From assembly GCA_035193785.1 (NCBI GenBank), contig CP136572.1, positions 1,780,578 through 1,844,577 on the forward strand: a stretch of 64,000 nt of DNA. The letters are read 5' to 3'. The stretch is from Planktothrix sp. GU0601_MAG3 (GTDB taxonomy: Bacteria > Cyanobacteriota > Cyanobacteriia > Cyanobacteriales > Microcoleaceae). The notes under the pieces were generated by a model. That model did not search any database. It was not told where the DNA came from and worked only from the letters and a program-made list of their open reading frames with translations. The translations under genes were made by a program, and so were the position numbers. Every line of letters starts with the position of its first letter. The stretch's first letter is position 1. This document shows positions 9,757 to 20,773 of the stretch, piece after piece.

Positions 9757-10206
9757 ATGTCTTCCACCACAACTCCCTTACCCCCAACTTTAGAACGGAT
9801 TGTACAGCGTTTTAAACGGGCTTCTTCTAATAAATTACGTTATGAACAGTTAATTACCATTGCCCAAAAACTTCCTACCTTTCCAGAAGATCAGAAGATT
9901 CCTGATAATAAAGTTCCGGGTTGTGTGTCACAGGTTTATGTGATTGCTAACTTAGATGAACAGGGAAAAGTTCAGTTTCAGGGAGATTCTGATTCTCAAT
10001 TAACCAAAGGATTAGTGGCTTTTTTGATTATGGGAATGAATGGAATGACTCCCACGGAAGTTGTTCAACTTGACCCGAGCTTTATTCAGGAAACTGGGTT
10101 ACAAGCGAGTTTAACTCCTTCTCGCGCTAACGGTTTTTATAATATTTTTCAAACCTTCAAGAAAAAAGCTCAACACTTTGACCCCGCCCTTAATACCGAC
10201 GTTTAA
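9757..10206 (+). CDS. sufE: SufE-family sulfur acceptor
   Basis: VPGCVSQVY with catalytic Cys, [20 protein letters not shown]. Confidence 0.92.
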   Translation: MSSTTTPLPPTLERIVQRFKRASSNKLRYEQLITIAQKLPTFPEDQKIPDNKVPGCVSQVYVIANLDEQGKVQFQGDSDSQLTKGLVAFLIMGMNGMTPTEVVQLDPSFIQETGLQASLTPSRANGFYNIFQTFKKKAQHFDPALNTDV

Positions 10207-10237
10207 GGGATTACTAAATGAATCATCTAAACCTACT

Positions 10238-10579
10238 ATGAATCAAGACTATTTGTGGATAGAAGCATTAAAATTTAATGCTCAAGGGCTAATTCCAGCG
10301 ATCGCTCAAGACGCAGAAGATGGTACTATTTTAATGATGGCTTGGATGAATAAGGAATCAATTCAAAAGACCTTAGAAACCCAAGAAGTTCATTATTGGA
10401 GTCGTTCTCGTTCCGAATTATGGCACAAAGGAGCCACATCAGGACATATTCAAAAACTTAAATCTTTATATTATGATTGTGATGCCGATACTCTATTATT
10501 AAAGATAGAACAAATTGGCAATATCGCTTGTCATACCGGGGCGAGAAGTTGTTTTTTTCAGGAAGTTAAAATTAATTGA
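10238..10579 (+). CDS. hisI: Phosphoribosyl-AMP cyclohydrolase
   Basis: [42 protein letters not shown]. Confidence 0.95.
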   Translation: MNQDYLWIEALKFNAQGLIPAIAQDAEDGTILMMAWMNKESIQKTLETQEVHYWSRSRSELWHKGATSGHIQKLKSLYYDCDADTLLLKIEQIGNIACHTGARSCFFQEVKIN

Positions 10580-10616
10580 TCAGATTGGGGAAAACCATTG
10601 ATTCAGCGATGGATAT

Positions 10617-10730
10617 GATCCCCCTAAATCCCCCTAAAAAAGGGGGACTTTGAGAGTCCGTTTTATCCATTTTCTATGAGAATTTACTAAATTCTGGTTC
10701 CCCCCTTATTAAGGGGGGTTAGGGGGGATC
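10617..10730. repeat. Cyanobacterial REP-like double-hairpin element
   Basis: GATCCCCCTAAATCCCCCTAAAAAAGGGGGAC...CCCCCCTTATTAAGGGGGGTTAGGGGGGATC; terminal inverted repeats with internal hairpins. Confidence 0.7.
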
Positions 10731-10835
10731 TAAAGTAGGGACTGTCGCCGTTTAAAAAAACACCGATTTCCTGTTCTTTTCGTTAATAGTGTTACTTCAA
10801 AATTCTAAAAAAACTATCAAAACAAGAATTTAAAC

Positions 10836-12278
10836 ATGGTTATCAAAATCTATCATACTCAAACTCGCCAAAAAGAAGATTTTCAACCCTTAGAAGCAGG
10901 GAAGGTAAAAATGTATTGCTGCGGGGTGACGGTTTATGATTATTGCCATTTAGGTCATGCGAGATCCTATATTGCTTGGGATATTGTTAGACGCTATTTA
11001 GAATTTTCAGGATATCAGGTCAATTATATTCAAAATTTTACCGATATTGACGATAAGATTCTTAACCGTGCTAAGTTGGAAGGCACGACCATGGATGAGG
11101 TTTCTAACAAATATATTCAAGCGTATTTTGAAGATATCCGACGCTTGAATATTCGGGATGCTAATGCTTATCCCCGGGTGACGGAACATCTTCCCCAAAT
11201 TATTCAATTAATCCAAGAGTTAACCGATCAAGGTATTGCTTATGCCGTGGATGGAGATGTTTATTATAGTGTAAAAGATTTTGCCGATTATGGCAAATTA
11301 TCCGGTCGTCAACAGGAACAATTACAAGCGGGTGCGAGTGGTCGAATTTCTGCCCCCGATACCGATACAATTAAGAAGAAAGATCCCTCGGATTTTGCCC
11401 TTTGGAAAGCAGCAAAACTAGGGGAACCAGCATGGGATTCACCTTGGGGAAAAGGTCGCCCTGGATGGCATATTGAGTGTTCGGCAATGGTGCGATCGCT
11501 ATTAGGAAATACCATTGATATTCACGGCGGCGGCGGGGATTTAGTTTTCCCTCACCATGAGAATGAAATTGCTCAATCAGAAGGCGCGACCCATCAACCT
11601 TTAGCCAATTACTGGATGCACAATGGCATGGTGAGGGTGAGTGGTGAAAAGATGTCTAAATCTTTAGGAAATTTTACCACAATTCGCGGTTTATTGGATA
11701 GTCCTTTGGATGCGATGGTGATTCGTTTATTTATTTTACAAGCCCATTATCGCAAACCCTTAGATTTTACCGATGAAGCGATCGCTTCGGCTGAAAATGG
11801 ATGGAATACGTTAAAAGAGGGGTTGTTATTTGGTAGCGAATACGGCGATAAATTAGGCTTTAAACCCCATGCAAAAGCCTTAATTGATGTTGATGCCATT
11901 GGTCGGTTTAAGGAGGCGATGGATGATGATTTTAATACCCCTGAAGGGTTAGTTATTTTGTTTGAATTGGCTAAGGAATTAAGACGCGATCGCAATATCT
12001 TAATACACGGAGGCGATATTAATACCCCGACCGAACACCTACAGAAAACCTGGCAAACTTTAATGGAATTAGCCACGGTTTTCGGGTTAGAAGCACAACC
12101 AGAGGAAAGTCAGAATTTAGGGTTAAGTGATAGTGAAATTGAAAGATTAGTTCAGCAACGTTTAGAGGCGAAAAAAGCTAAAAATTTTGCCGAAAGCGAT
12201 CGCATTCGAGATTACTTAAAAGAGTTAGGAATTACCCTAATTGATCAACCAGGAAATCAAACCATTTGGCATCGTTAA
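10836..12278 (+). CDS. cysS: Cysteine--tRNA ligase
   Basis: CGVTVYDYCHLGHAR, GRPGWHIECS, DIHGGG.DL.FPHHENE, KMSKSLGN. Confidence 0.97.
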   Translation: MVIKIYHTQTRQKEDFQPLEAGKVKMYCCGVTVYDYCHLGHARSYIAWDIVRRYLEFSGYQVNYIQNFTDIDDKILNRAKLEGTTMDEVSNKYIQAYFEDIRRLNIRDANAYPRVTEHLPQIIQLIQELTDQGIAYAVDGDVYYSVKDFADYGKLSGRQQEQLQAGASGRISAPDTDTIKKKDPSDFALWKAAKLGEPAWDSPWGKGRPGWHIECSAMVRSLLGNTIDIHGGGGDLVFPHHENEIAQSEGATHQPLANYWMHNGMVRVSGEKMSKSLGNFTTIRGLLDSPLDAMVIRLFILQAHYRKPLDFTDEAIASAENGWNTLKEGLLFGSEYGDKLGFKPHAKALIDVDAIGRFKEAMDDDFNTPEGLVILFELAKELRRDRNILIHGGDINTPTEHLQKTWQTLMELATVFGLEAQPEESQNLGLSDSEIERLVQQRLEAKKAKNFAESDRIRDYLKELGITLIDQPGNQTIWHR

Positions 12279-12466
12279 TTAGGGTTTCTGTTATCTAAGA
12301 ATTTAAACACCAAGCAATTAAAGGTTCAACTTTGCATTTCAAAAAATTGGAGCACAAGGTTGAACCTTTAGCTTTTAGTTGAGTGCTTTTCTTCACCAAA
12401 ATCAATTTTGCAATAACTCTAATTTATGTTCTTCATTCAGTTTCAGTCTCAATGCTCAAAGAATTA

Positions 12467-12697
12467 TCAAAATATAAATTTAAGGAGCCATGCAGTTTCA
12501 CCATCTGCTCTACCGCTAATAAAGCCAATTTCCAGAGGATCACCACTTTCCACTCGTACCGCGATAGATATTCCATTTGCAATCACATCAGATAGAACTA
12601 GATTTGCTGCAACCTGAGACAAAGTAGGCTCTGTTAGCTTGTACTTTTGCTTTAACCATTTGTGTAAATCTTCAAAATTAGCTGTAATGTCTGCCAT
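12467..12697 (-). CDS. Hypothetical protein fragment in AT-rich island
   Basis: ORF whose open frame extends upstream without a clear start; no recognisable motif. Confidence 0.3.
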   Translation of the reverse strand: MADITANFEDLHKWLKQKYKLTEPTLSQVAANLVLSDVIANGISIAVRVESGDPLEIGFISGRADGETAWLLKFIF

Positions 12698-12854
12698 GTT
12701 AATTTTGTCTCCAGGTAGAATCTTTGTTTTGTCATCTTCACAGCCATACGGCCTTCTAAATGAAGATAAGATCAGATCATACCAGTTTATCTGCTTATTG
12801 ATAAAACTTTCAGTATCTGTTTCTTACTCCTATTTATCTTTAAGAAAAATTGGA

Positions 12855-13188
12855 TTATAAGGTTGAATCGTCAGTTTCTGATTTAGTGCTTGATCCAGAT
12901 GATTCAATTTTTATAGTCTTCTCAATTCTTAATATAAAACCCGTGTCGTTTCTAAATTTTTCCATTCTTTCCATTTGTGAAGATTGGAAATTTGGCTTTC
13001 TATTATTAGCTATATATGCTTTTTTAAACTGATAATTATCTATATGTTGATATTAGCTTGGCAATGCTACTTTTTCCTGTTCCTTGATTACCGATAAAAA
13101 TAGTGATTTTACGAATATCTATAAAATTGTCATTGTCGGTAAAACCTGATTTAATTGGGCCAAAGTTTTTAACTTTTATTTGACTCAT
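12855..13188 (-). pseudogene. Internally deleted AAA-ATPase plus partner gene cassette
   Basis: 13188-13036 encodes MSQIKVKNFGPIKSG...ITIFIGNQGTGKSSIAKLIST* (Walker A), abutting another-frame C-terminal fragment ...FKKAYIANNRKPNFQSSQMERMEKFRNDTGFILRIEK. Confidence 0.6.
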
Positions 13189-13321
13189 AATAATTTTTTT
13201 ATTCTATTCATTTACTTCCAAATTAAGCTGTACTCTCAATAAATTGGGTAATTCCTAATTCCCCACACCCGAATTAACCCAATTTCTGAGAGTAACAGCC
13301 TATTTCCTATTCCCTCCGGGA

Positions 13322-13792
13322 TCACATTTTACTAATAATTCGTTGGACGATTTCGACCCCGGTAACAGCTTGCCAAGCAAACAGTCCCAGGATGATCGTA
13401 TTCAGGGTAATATGACTATATCTAGCCCAATTAACTCCTTTTTGCATATAGGGAGTTAAGGAGGCAGAAATCGCAATCATTCCGGTCATTCCCAGTCCCG
13501 CTAATAAGTGGGGGCCAACAAACAGTTTCCCATTGTTAATATAAGTGACACCCATACCGCCAATACTTCCCAACACCATCAAAGCCAGCAAAACTGAACC
13601 GATTTGGTGATGTTTAATATTGAATTTTCCCTTAATTAACTCTTTTTTGGTGTCTCCGTCCGCTTCCCGGGTACGACGAATTTGTACCCCCAAATACATC
13701 GCATAAATAGATAATCCTAACAAAATCCACATCAACACCGGATGAAAGAAATTCAGCCAGGGTTTAATCGAGACCAGAATCGGCGAATCCAT
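13322..13792 (-). CDS. DUF4079-family membrane protein
   Basis: FFHPVLMW, HHQIGSVLL, GPHLLAG, RYSHITLN conserved His-bearing TM helices. Confidence 0.8.
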   Translation of the reverse strand: MDSPILVSIKPWLNFFHPVLMWILLGLSIYAMYLGVQIRRTREADGDTKKELIKGKFNIKHHQIGSVLLALMVLGSIGGMGVTYINNGKLFVGPHLLAGLGMTGMIAISASLTPYMQKGVNWARYSHITLNTIILGLFAWQAVTGVEIVQRIISKM

Positions 13793-13906
13793 AATATCCT
13801 CTAAGCAAGCCACAAAACTTAATAAAAATTAGCATACACCAGTTGACAGTCGCCCGTCTATGATATCCTGCTGCTATCCTAGTTGAATCCTTCATCAAGT
13901 TTGGCA

Positions 13907-15904
13907 ATGAAACCCTTTAAACTTCATGCCCCCTTTCAACCCTTGGGAGACCAGCCCCAGGCGATCGCCCAACTTACCGATAATATTCAAAATGGGCAAC
14001 CTTTCAGCACCCTATTGGGGGCAACGGGAACCGGAAAAACCTTTACCATCGCCTCGGTAATCGAAAAAATCGGACGTCCGACCCTGGTGTTAGCCCATAA
14101 CAAAACCCTCGCCGCCCAATTATGTAACGAGTTTCGCTCATTTTTTCCCGAGAATGCTGTCGAATATTTTATTAGTTATTACGACTATTATCAACCGGAA
14201 GCCTATCTTCCTGTGACAGATACTTATATTGAAAAAACCTCATCAATTAATGAGGAAATTGATATGCTCCGCCATTCCGCCACTCGCTCTTTATTTGAAC
14301 GACGAGATGTGATTGTTGTCGCCTCCATTAGCTGTATTTATGGGTTAGGAATGCCCGCCGAATATTTAAAAGCTGCTATTTCTTTACAGGTGGGAAAAGA
14401 AGTCGATCAACGGGAATTGTTACGCGAATTAGTTTCTGTACAATATGCCCGCAATGATGTGGAGTTAAGCCGAGGACGGTTTCGGGTCAAAGGCGATGTT
14501 TTGGAAATTGGCCCCGCTTATGAAGATCGAATTATTCGGGTGGAATTTTTTGGAGATGAAATTGAAGCAATTCGTTATACAGACCCGGTTACGGGGGAGG
14601 TTTTGCAAAGTTTAGACTGTTTAAATATTTATCCCGCCCGACATTTTGTTACCCCAGAAGACCGTTTAGAAATAGCTTGTGATGACATAGAGCAGGAATT
14701 AAAACAACAGGTAACAGCACTAGAAAGTCAAAGTAAACTATTAGAAGCGCAACGGTTATCCCAGCGCACCCGTTATGATTTGGAAATGTTGCGGGAGGTG
14801 GGATATTGTAATGGGGTGGAAAACTATTCCCGTCAGTTGGCTGGAAGACAACCCGGACAACCTCCAGAATGTTTAATTAATTATTTTCCCAATGATTGGT
14901 TATTAGTTGTGGATGAATCTCATGTCAGTGTGCCTCAAATTCGGGGAATGTATAATGGTGATCAAGCACGGAAAAAAGTCTTAATTGATCATGGGTTTCG
15001 TTTACCTAGTGCGGCGGATAATCGTCCGTTAAAAGCGGAGGAATTTTGGCAAACGGTGAATCAGTGTATTTTTGTTTCCGCGACGCCGGGAGATTGGGAA
15101 ATTGAGCAATCTCAAGGTCAAGTGGTGGAACAAATTATCCGTCCGACGGGAGTAATTGATCCAGAAGTTTTTGTCCGTCCCACTTCTGGACAGGTGGATG
15201 ATTTATATGGGGAAATTCAAGAAAGAGTTGCTAGGGATGAGCGGGTTTTGATTACGACTTTAACTAAACGGATGGCGGAAGATTTAACGGAATATTTGCA
15301 AGAAAGGGGAGTTAATGTTAGATATCTGCATTCGGAAATCCAGTCAATTCAACGGATAGAAATTATTCAAGGATTACAAAATCGGGAGTTTGATGTGTTA
15401 ATTGGGGTGAATTTATTGCGGGAAGGGTTGGATTTACCCCAGGTGTCTTTGGTGGCGATTTTAGATGCGGATAAGGAGGGTTTTTTGCGATCGCATCGAT
15501 CACTAATTCAAACCATCGGACGGGCGGCGCGGAATGTCCGAGGACAGGCGATTTTATATGGGGATAATTTAACCCAAAGTATGATTAAGGCGATTGAGGA
15601 AACCAGCCGACGGCGAGAAATTCAACAGAAATACAATCAAAAACACGGAATTATTCCCCAACAAATTATCAAAAAATATAGTAATTCTATTTTGGAATTT
15701 TTGGATGTATCTCGACGGTTGAATGCTCAAACCACAGGAAAACAGATAGAAACCTTGGAGGAATTTCCCCTAGAAAGTATTCCCGATTTGATTATCCAAT
15801 TAGAAACTCAAATGAAGACGGCGGCGAAACAGTTGGAATTTGAAGAGGCGGCTAAGTTACGCGATCGGATTAAACAGTTACGCGATAAGTTACTCGGACA
15901 TTAG
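13907..15904 (+). CDS. uvrB: Excinuclease ABC subunit UvrB
   Basis: [36 protein letters not shown]-terminal [12 protein letters not shown] domain. Confidence 0.97.
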   Translation: MKPFKLHAPFQPLGDQPQAIAQLTDNIQNGQPFSTLLGATGTGKTFTIASVIEKIGRPTLVLAHNKTLAAQLCNEFRSFFPENAVEYFISYYDYYQPEAYLPVTDTYIEKTSSINEEIDMLRHSATRSLFERRDVIVVASISCIYGLGMPAEYLKAAISLQVGKEVDQRELLRELVSVQYARNDVELSRGRFRVKGDVLEIGPAYEDRIIRVEFFGDEIEAIRYTDPVTGEVLQSLDCLNIYPARHFVTPEDRLEIACDDIEQELKQQVTALESQSKLLEAQRLSQRTRYDLEMLREVGYCNGVENYSRQLAGRQPGQPPECLINYFPNDWLLVVDESHVSVPQIRGMYNGDQARKKVLIDHGFRLPSAADNRPLKAEEFWQTVNQCIFVSATPGDWEIEQSQGQVVEQIIRPTGVIDPEVFVRPTSGQVDDLYGEIQERVARDERVLITTLTKRMAEDLTEYLQERGVNVRYLHSEIQSIQRIEIIQGLQNREFDVLIGVNLLREGLDLPQVSLVAILDADKEGFLRSHRSLIQTIGRAARNVRGQAILYGDNLTQSMIKAIEETSRRREIQQKYNQKHGIIPQQIIKKYSNSILEFLDVSRRLNAQTTGKQIETLEEFPLESIPDLIIQLETQMKTAAKQLEFEEAAKLRDRIKQLRDKLLGH

Positions 15905-16375
15905 GGTTTTAAAAAACCACTAAGACACTAGGACAGGAAGAAAGATAAGGGAAAACTCGGTTTTTGATTCTACTGCATAAAATGTGTATTTTGTCAAGAT
16001 ACCTGTTTTGGGCCTACGGTTTTTAGCCTAAAATTGGTGCATCATCTACCCCGAATTGTGTCAGGAAATCAAGACATTTGACGATGGAATCAAGGTTTTA
16101 GCCTCTATTTTGGGGTTTAGACACAGTAAACCCTTGGGAGGTGTTTTCCTAACTATACCAGAACCCCTATGATTCCGTCAACTATTTGACAGTAATTTTC
16201 AATAAAATATCAAGATTTCCTGACAATCCTTTAAAAAACAAAACATTTTTACGAAAATTATCAGTAAAACTTATCGAAAATCCCGTTGTTGCGCTTAAGC
16301 GCAATCTTCCCTAATTCCCCGTCCCCCAAGCTATTCCCCCAGGTAATTGCATTAACGCTGGATTTTTTACTCCCC

Positions 16376-17698
16376 TTAATTGGGATTAGGATTAGGATTA
16401 GGATTAGGATTAGGATTAGGATTGGGATTGGGATTGGGATTAGGATTAGGATTAGGATTAGGATTATTTAATACTTCATTAGCCGAAATTCCTTCCCCTT
16501 GAAATCCAAAATACCAAAGGGTAGCGGCGGCTTGTGCGCGAGTCACAGGTTTTTTAGGTTGGAATAAAGTGGTATACCCAAAAACCCGACGAATATTAGA
16601 ATTATCCGCATTATTATAGTCTTCTAAAATAGCAGGTAAAGCCCCCGGATCAATTTTAGAGGTATCTTTAAAACTCCATCTTTCCTTAACTGCATCAATA
16701 CTCGCCTTTGGTAAAGACTGTCGAGTATCTAAGGGGACTTTCCAAGCAATTAAATCCTCCCGAGTTAAAGGGGAATCGGGACGAAATTTTGTCACCGTAT
16801 TATCTCCCGATAAGGGACTTGAAATTAAACCAGCTTCTGCTAATCCTTGAATTTCCGCAAAATTCGGATGGGTTTTCGGAACATCCGTAAAAATCGGTTG
16901 ACTATTCCCCGCAGCTAACCGAATTTGTTTGGCTGGGTTATCGGCATATAATTTATTATTCACTTCTACCAGCCAACGGGCGTATTGACTGCGAGTAATC
17001 GTACCATTAGGGTTGGGTAAAATTCCGGCTTCTTGAGAATTGGGGGCTTTAAAAATACCCAATTTGGCGATATCAGAAACAAAGGAAGTTAACTCTTGAG
17101 GCACGGAATTATTTTCCGGTGTTTCGGGATTGGGAGTGATCTTCGGGGTAGGTGTGGGAGAAGGTGATGGTGCGGGAGAAGCGATCGCCGTAACCGGAAT
17201 AGGTTGATAACGAATTTGAAAATAGGTTTTTCCGTCTGCTTTAGGACTAGATTGTTGAGCAATAGTAAGTTTTACATTATCTTTTTCTGCATTCAAATTT
17301 TCGCTATTTTCGTTATCTAAATTATCGATGATTTTCCATTTTTTTGCCAATAATTCTTTTTTATAGAAACTTTGAACCGCATTACTCGGATCGGGGGTTT
17401 CCCAGAGGGTAATTACGGCCGTTTTATCCGTTGCGGAAGGCATAACCTCTCGTAAAGTAGCATTAGGATAGGGCGGAATTTCTGTGGGAAAATTAGCCGG
17501 AAGTTCAACCGCAGAAATTACAGGTTTAGGGGTTTGAGTGGGTGTGATGATCGGTTCAGGGGAGGGGGAATTTGTTTCTAACTGCGGATCAGCTTTCAGG
17601 GAATTTTCTATCGCTTTCCCCGTGGGACTATTGGCACAGGAGGATAGGGTAGTGATTAAAGTAACGGTTAAACCAGTTAATAGGAGAATGTGTTTCAT
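16376..17698 (-). CDS. SLH-domain lipoprotein with Pro-rich linkers and (Asn-Pro)n tail
   Basis: Lipobox LSSC; SLH motifs FTDVPKTHP, FRPDSPLTRE, FQPKKPVTRAQAA. Confidence 0.85.
   Translation of the reverse strand: MKHILLLTGLTVTLITTLSSCANSPTGKAIENSLKADPQLETNSPSPEPIITPTQTPKPVISAVELPANFPTEIPPYPNATLREVMPSATDKTAVITLWETPDPSNAVQSFYKKELLAKKWKIIDNLDNENSENLNAEKDNVKLTIAQQSSPKADGKTYFQIRYQPIPVTAIASPAPSPSPTPTPKITPNPETPENNSVPQELTSFVSDIAKLGIFKAPNSQEAGILPNPNGTITRSQYARWLVEVNNKLYADNPAKQIRLAAGNSQPIFTDVPKTHPNFAEIQGLAEAGLISSPLSGDNTVTKFRPDSPLTREDLIAWKVPLDTRQSLPKASIDAVKERWSFKDTSKIDPGALPAILEDYNNADNSNIRRVFGYTTLFQPKKPVTRAQAAATLWYFGFQGEGISANEVLNNPNPNPNPNPNPNPNPNPNPNPNPNPNPN
16379..16468. repeat. Hexamer tandem repeat (GGATTA/GGATTG) encoding about 14-15 Asn-Pro units
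   Basis: Direct reading; lies in the last 90 bp of the SLH gene. Confidence 0.9.
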
Positions 17699-18287
17699 TA
17701 ATACGGGGAATAGGGATCACGGATTTAAGAGGATTTCACGGATTTCGCGGATTTTAATCTATGTTAAACGGTTAAAACCGTTAATAGGAGAATGTGTTTC
17801 ATTAATACGGGGAATAGGGATCACGGATTTAAGAGGATTTCACGGATTTCGCGGATTTTAATCTATGTTAAACGGTTAAAACCGTTAATAGAAGAATGTG
17901 TTTCATTAATACGGGGAATAGGGATCACGGATTTAAGAGGATTTCACGGATTTCGCGGATTTTAATCTATGTTAAACGGTTAAAACCGTTAATAGGAGAA
18001 TGTGTTTCATTAATACGGGGAATAGGGATCACGGATTTAAGAGGATTTCACGAATTTCGCGGATTTTAATCTATGTTAAACGGTTAAAACCGTTAATAGG
18101 AGAATGTGTTTCATTAATACGGGGAATAGGGATCACGGATTTAAGAGGATTTCACGAATTTCGCGGATTTTAATCTATGTTAAACGGTTAAAACCGTTAA
18201 TAGAAGAATGTGTTTCATTAATACGGGGAATAGGGATCACGGATTTAAGAGGATTTCACGGATTTCGCGGATTTTAATCTATGTTAA
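17663..18287. repeat. 104-bp tandem repeat, 6 copies, containing the SLH gene start
   Basis: ATGTTAA recurs at 17761, 17865, 17969, 18073, 18177 and 18281; copies 2-6 differ at only two positions. Confidence 0.95.
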
Positions 18288-18379
18288 TCTGGGTCATCCT
18301 ATTAAATCCTTGATGGGGAATGGGGGTAATAAAAAGTAATTCGACCTGATAAACATGATTAAGGTTTAATATTCTTGTA

Positions 18380-19591
18380 TTATACCTCTTGGTGTCTTTG
18401 TGTCTGGGTGTTTCCTGCAAAAATGATATCGGTTAAAACTTGAACCAATGTTTGCAACTGCATGGGGGTATGAGTTGCCATTAAGGAAATCCGAATCCGA
18501 CTGGTATTGACGGTGGGGGGACGAATAGCGGCGGCAAAAATTCCCTGTTCTTTGAGTTGATTTCTGAGGGTTAATACCGTGGCTGCATCTTTAATCGGAA
18601 TACAAAAAATTGGGGAAAGGGTATGGGTAATCGACAAATTAGATGTTTTTTTATGATCTTGAAATAGGGTTTCTAAGGTTTTCACATTTTGCCATAATTG
18701 TTCCCGGCGTTGGGGTTCGGTTTGCACAATCTGAATCGCGGCTAAGGCGGCGGCGGTGTCCGCAGGACTCAATCCGGTGGTATAAATCCAACTGGGGGCG
18801 CGATTTCTTAAAAAGTCAATTAATTCCGCCGATCCTGCTACATAACCCCCTAAACTTCCCAGGGCTTTACTGAGAGTTCCCATCTGAATTAAAGGTTCTC
18901 CCGTACAGTTAAAATGGTCTACACATCCGGCGCCATTTTTACCAAAAACTCCTGTCCCATGGGCTTCATCTACTAATACCATACAGGAAAATTCTTCCCC
19001 TAAATCGAGTAAATCAAGTAGGGGACATAAATCCCCATCCATACTAAATACACTATCGGTAATAATCAGTGCTTTCCGGTAGGGAAGACGTTTTTCTTCT
19101 AGGATTTTTCTCAAATGTTCTGGGTTATTATGTTGATATTCTAACACGGTTGCGCCACTCATTTTAGCCCCATTTATTAGACTGGAGTGGTTATATTCAT
19201 CGGATAAAATCAAATCCCGTTGTCCGACTAAAGCCGCAATTGTGCCAATATTGGCTAAATAACCAGAACTAAAAACTAAGGCGTCTTCGGTTTGTTTAAA
19301 AGCGGCGATCGCTAATTCCAAATCTCGATGGAGTTGGCGATGTCCGGTTAACAATCGAGAACCCGTTACCCCCGTACCAAATTCTTGAGTTGCGGCGATC
19401 GCGGCATCAATTAACCGTTGATCTCCGGTCAGTCCTAAATAATCATTACTGGCAAAATTAATTAAGGATTGACCCCCTATGATCAAAGTCGATCCCGGTT
19501 GACTTTCGACAGTTTGAACCGAACGATACCAGTCCGCTTTATGAATCGTATGGAGTGCTTTTTCAATCCAAGCATAAGCATCATTGATCAT
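18380..19591 (-). CDS. bioF: 8-amino-7-oxononanoate synthase
   Basis: [52 protein letters not shown]. Confidence 0.93.
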   Translation of the reverse strand: MINDAYAWIEKALHTIHKADWYRSVQTVESQPGSTLIIGGQSLINFASNDYLGLTGDQRLIDAAIAATQEFGTGVTGSRLLTGHRQLHRDLELAIAAFKQTEDALVFSSGYLANIGTIAALVGQRDLILSDEYNHSSLINGAKMSGATVLEYQHNNPEHLRKILEEKRLPYRKALIITDSVFSMDGDLCPLLDLLDLGEEFSCMVLVDEAHGTGVFGKNGAGCVDHFNCTGEPLIQMGTLSKALGSLGGYVAGSAELIDFLRNRAPSWIYTTGLSPADTAAALAAIQIVQTEPQRREQLWQNVKTLETLFQDHKKTSNLSITHTLSPIFCIPIKDAATVLTLRNQLKEQGIFAAAIRPPTVNTSRIRISLMATHTPMQLQTLVQVLTDIIFAGNTQTQRHQEV

Positions 19592-19862
19592 GTTGAATAT
19601 CATCGGGATAGGGTTGACTAATTTCGGCACTTTTGCCCCTAACTGGGGGTAATTTATCCACCAAACCCAGATCAAAAGCAATGTCGGGTAACTCGCCAGC
19701 AATATAATGTCCGGGCTCAAAAATACGACTGGCGGTAAAACACATTTGTCTGAGTTCAACTAATTCAGTCGGTTCAAACATTCCCCTAAATAGTTTGCGT
19801 TCCAGACCCATGATTAAATTCTCCTGAATTTTAGCAAAATTAGATTCAGCCTTTTCAATCAT
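19581..19862 (-). CDS. Hypothetical protein
   Basis: 93-aa ORF packed between the channel gene and bioF with overlapping stop/start. Confidence 0.6.
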   Translation of the reverse strand: MIEKAESNFAKIQENLIMGLERKLFRGMFEPTELVELRQMCFTASRIFEPGHYIAGELPDIAFDLGLVDKLPPVRGKSAEISQPYPDDIQHDQ

Positions 19863-19876
19863 AACCGCAAAATCAA

Positions 19877-20722
19877 TTAATACTCAAGATCCCGGGAATG
19901 TTCCAGAGGTTGATCAATATTCTTACCACAATGGGGACAAACTTTAGGGGAAATGCTTTGATTTGCTATTTTATTCATGGCGATAACTTCCGTAAAACCC
20001 GAGGCAATAATCCCCGCAGGTAAGGCAATAAGTCCAATTCCTAATAATGCTAAAATACCCCCCAATAATCTTCCCAGGGGAGTAATGGGATAAACATCTC
20101 CATAACCCACCGTTGTTAGGGTAATCACCGCCCACCACATCGCCGCCGGGATATGGGGAAATTTATCCGGTTGTGCTTCATGTTCGGCAAAATAAATTAA
20201 ATTGCCTGAAAATATCAATAAAAAAATTACCATATCTAAGGTTAAGATTAATTCCTTTTTTCGCAGGTTAATAACTTCAGTTAAAATTTGAGTTAATTGG
20301 GAATAACGACCTAATTTTAAAATTTGTAAAAAGCGAGTTAGCTGCAAGATATTCCTGTCTTGAAAATTGCTAGGATTAAAAGGAAAATAAAAGGGCAAAA
20401 AAGCAATTAAATCAATAATTGCTAGGGGAGTTGACATATATTTCAGCCTTCCCCAAAAGGGATGACGATATTTTTTAAGGATCGTACATGACCAGACCCT
20501 TAATATATATTCCAAGGTAAAAACCCCCACTGAAAACTGATTAAATGCAATTAAACTCGTTTTATAAATTTTAAACGTTTCATCCATCGATTCAATAGAA
20601 ACTGCCAGGGTATTTAAGGTAATTAAAAAGATTAAAAAATATTTAAAAAATCGGCCTAACAGGTGTTGGTGTTTCTTCGTCTCTAAAAGCAGAAACACAC
20701 GATGCTTGATTTTTTTAACCAT
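19877..20722 (-). CDS. Voltage-gated potassium channel-like ion transporter
   Basis: Selectivity filter TTVGYGD, WWAVITL pore helix, six TMs, C-terminal CPHCG. Confidence 0.92.
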   Translation of the reverse strand: MVKKIKHRVFLLLETKKHQHLLGRFFKYFLIFLITLNTLAVSIESMDETFKIYKTSLIAFNQFSVGVFTLEYILRVWSCTILKKYRHPFWGRLKYMSTPLAIIDLIAFLPFYFPFNPSNFQDRNILQLTRFLQILKLGRYSQLTQILTEVINLRKKELILTLDMVIFLLIFSGNLIYFAEHEAQPDKFPHIPAAMWWAVITLTTVGYGDVYPITPLGRLLGGILALLGIGLIALPAGIIASGFTEVIAMNKIANQSISPKVCPHCGKNIDQPLEHSRDLEY

Positions 20723-20773
20723 GTTATCCCATTCATGCCAAGATAGAGTATTAAGTTCAGTTAATATCATCTT

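Noticed and set aside
3264..12278. iscA, sufE and cysS as a DNA phosphorothioation (dnd) locus
   Set aside because: They are ordinary scattered housekeeping genes; no dndBCDE or ssp homologues are visible in this window.
16286..16471. Plus-strand ORF with (IR)n repeat and other short antisense ORFs in the track
   Set aside because: Shadow frames of real genes or repeats, with no independent coding evidence.
17663..18287. CRISPR array
   Set aside because: Units are near-identical along their whole length, with no unique spacers and no cas genes nearby.
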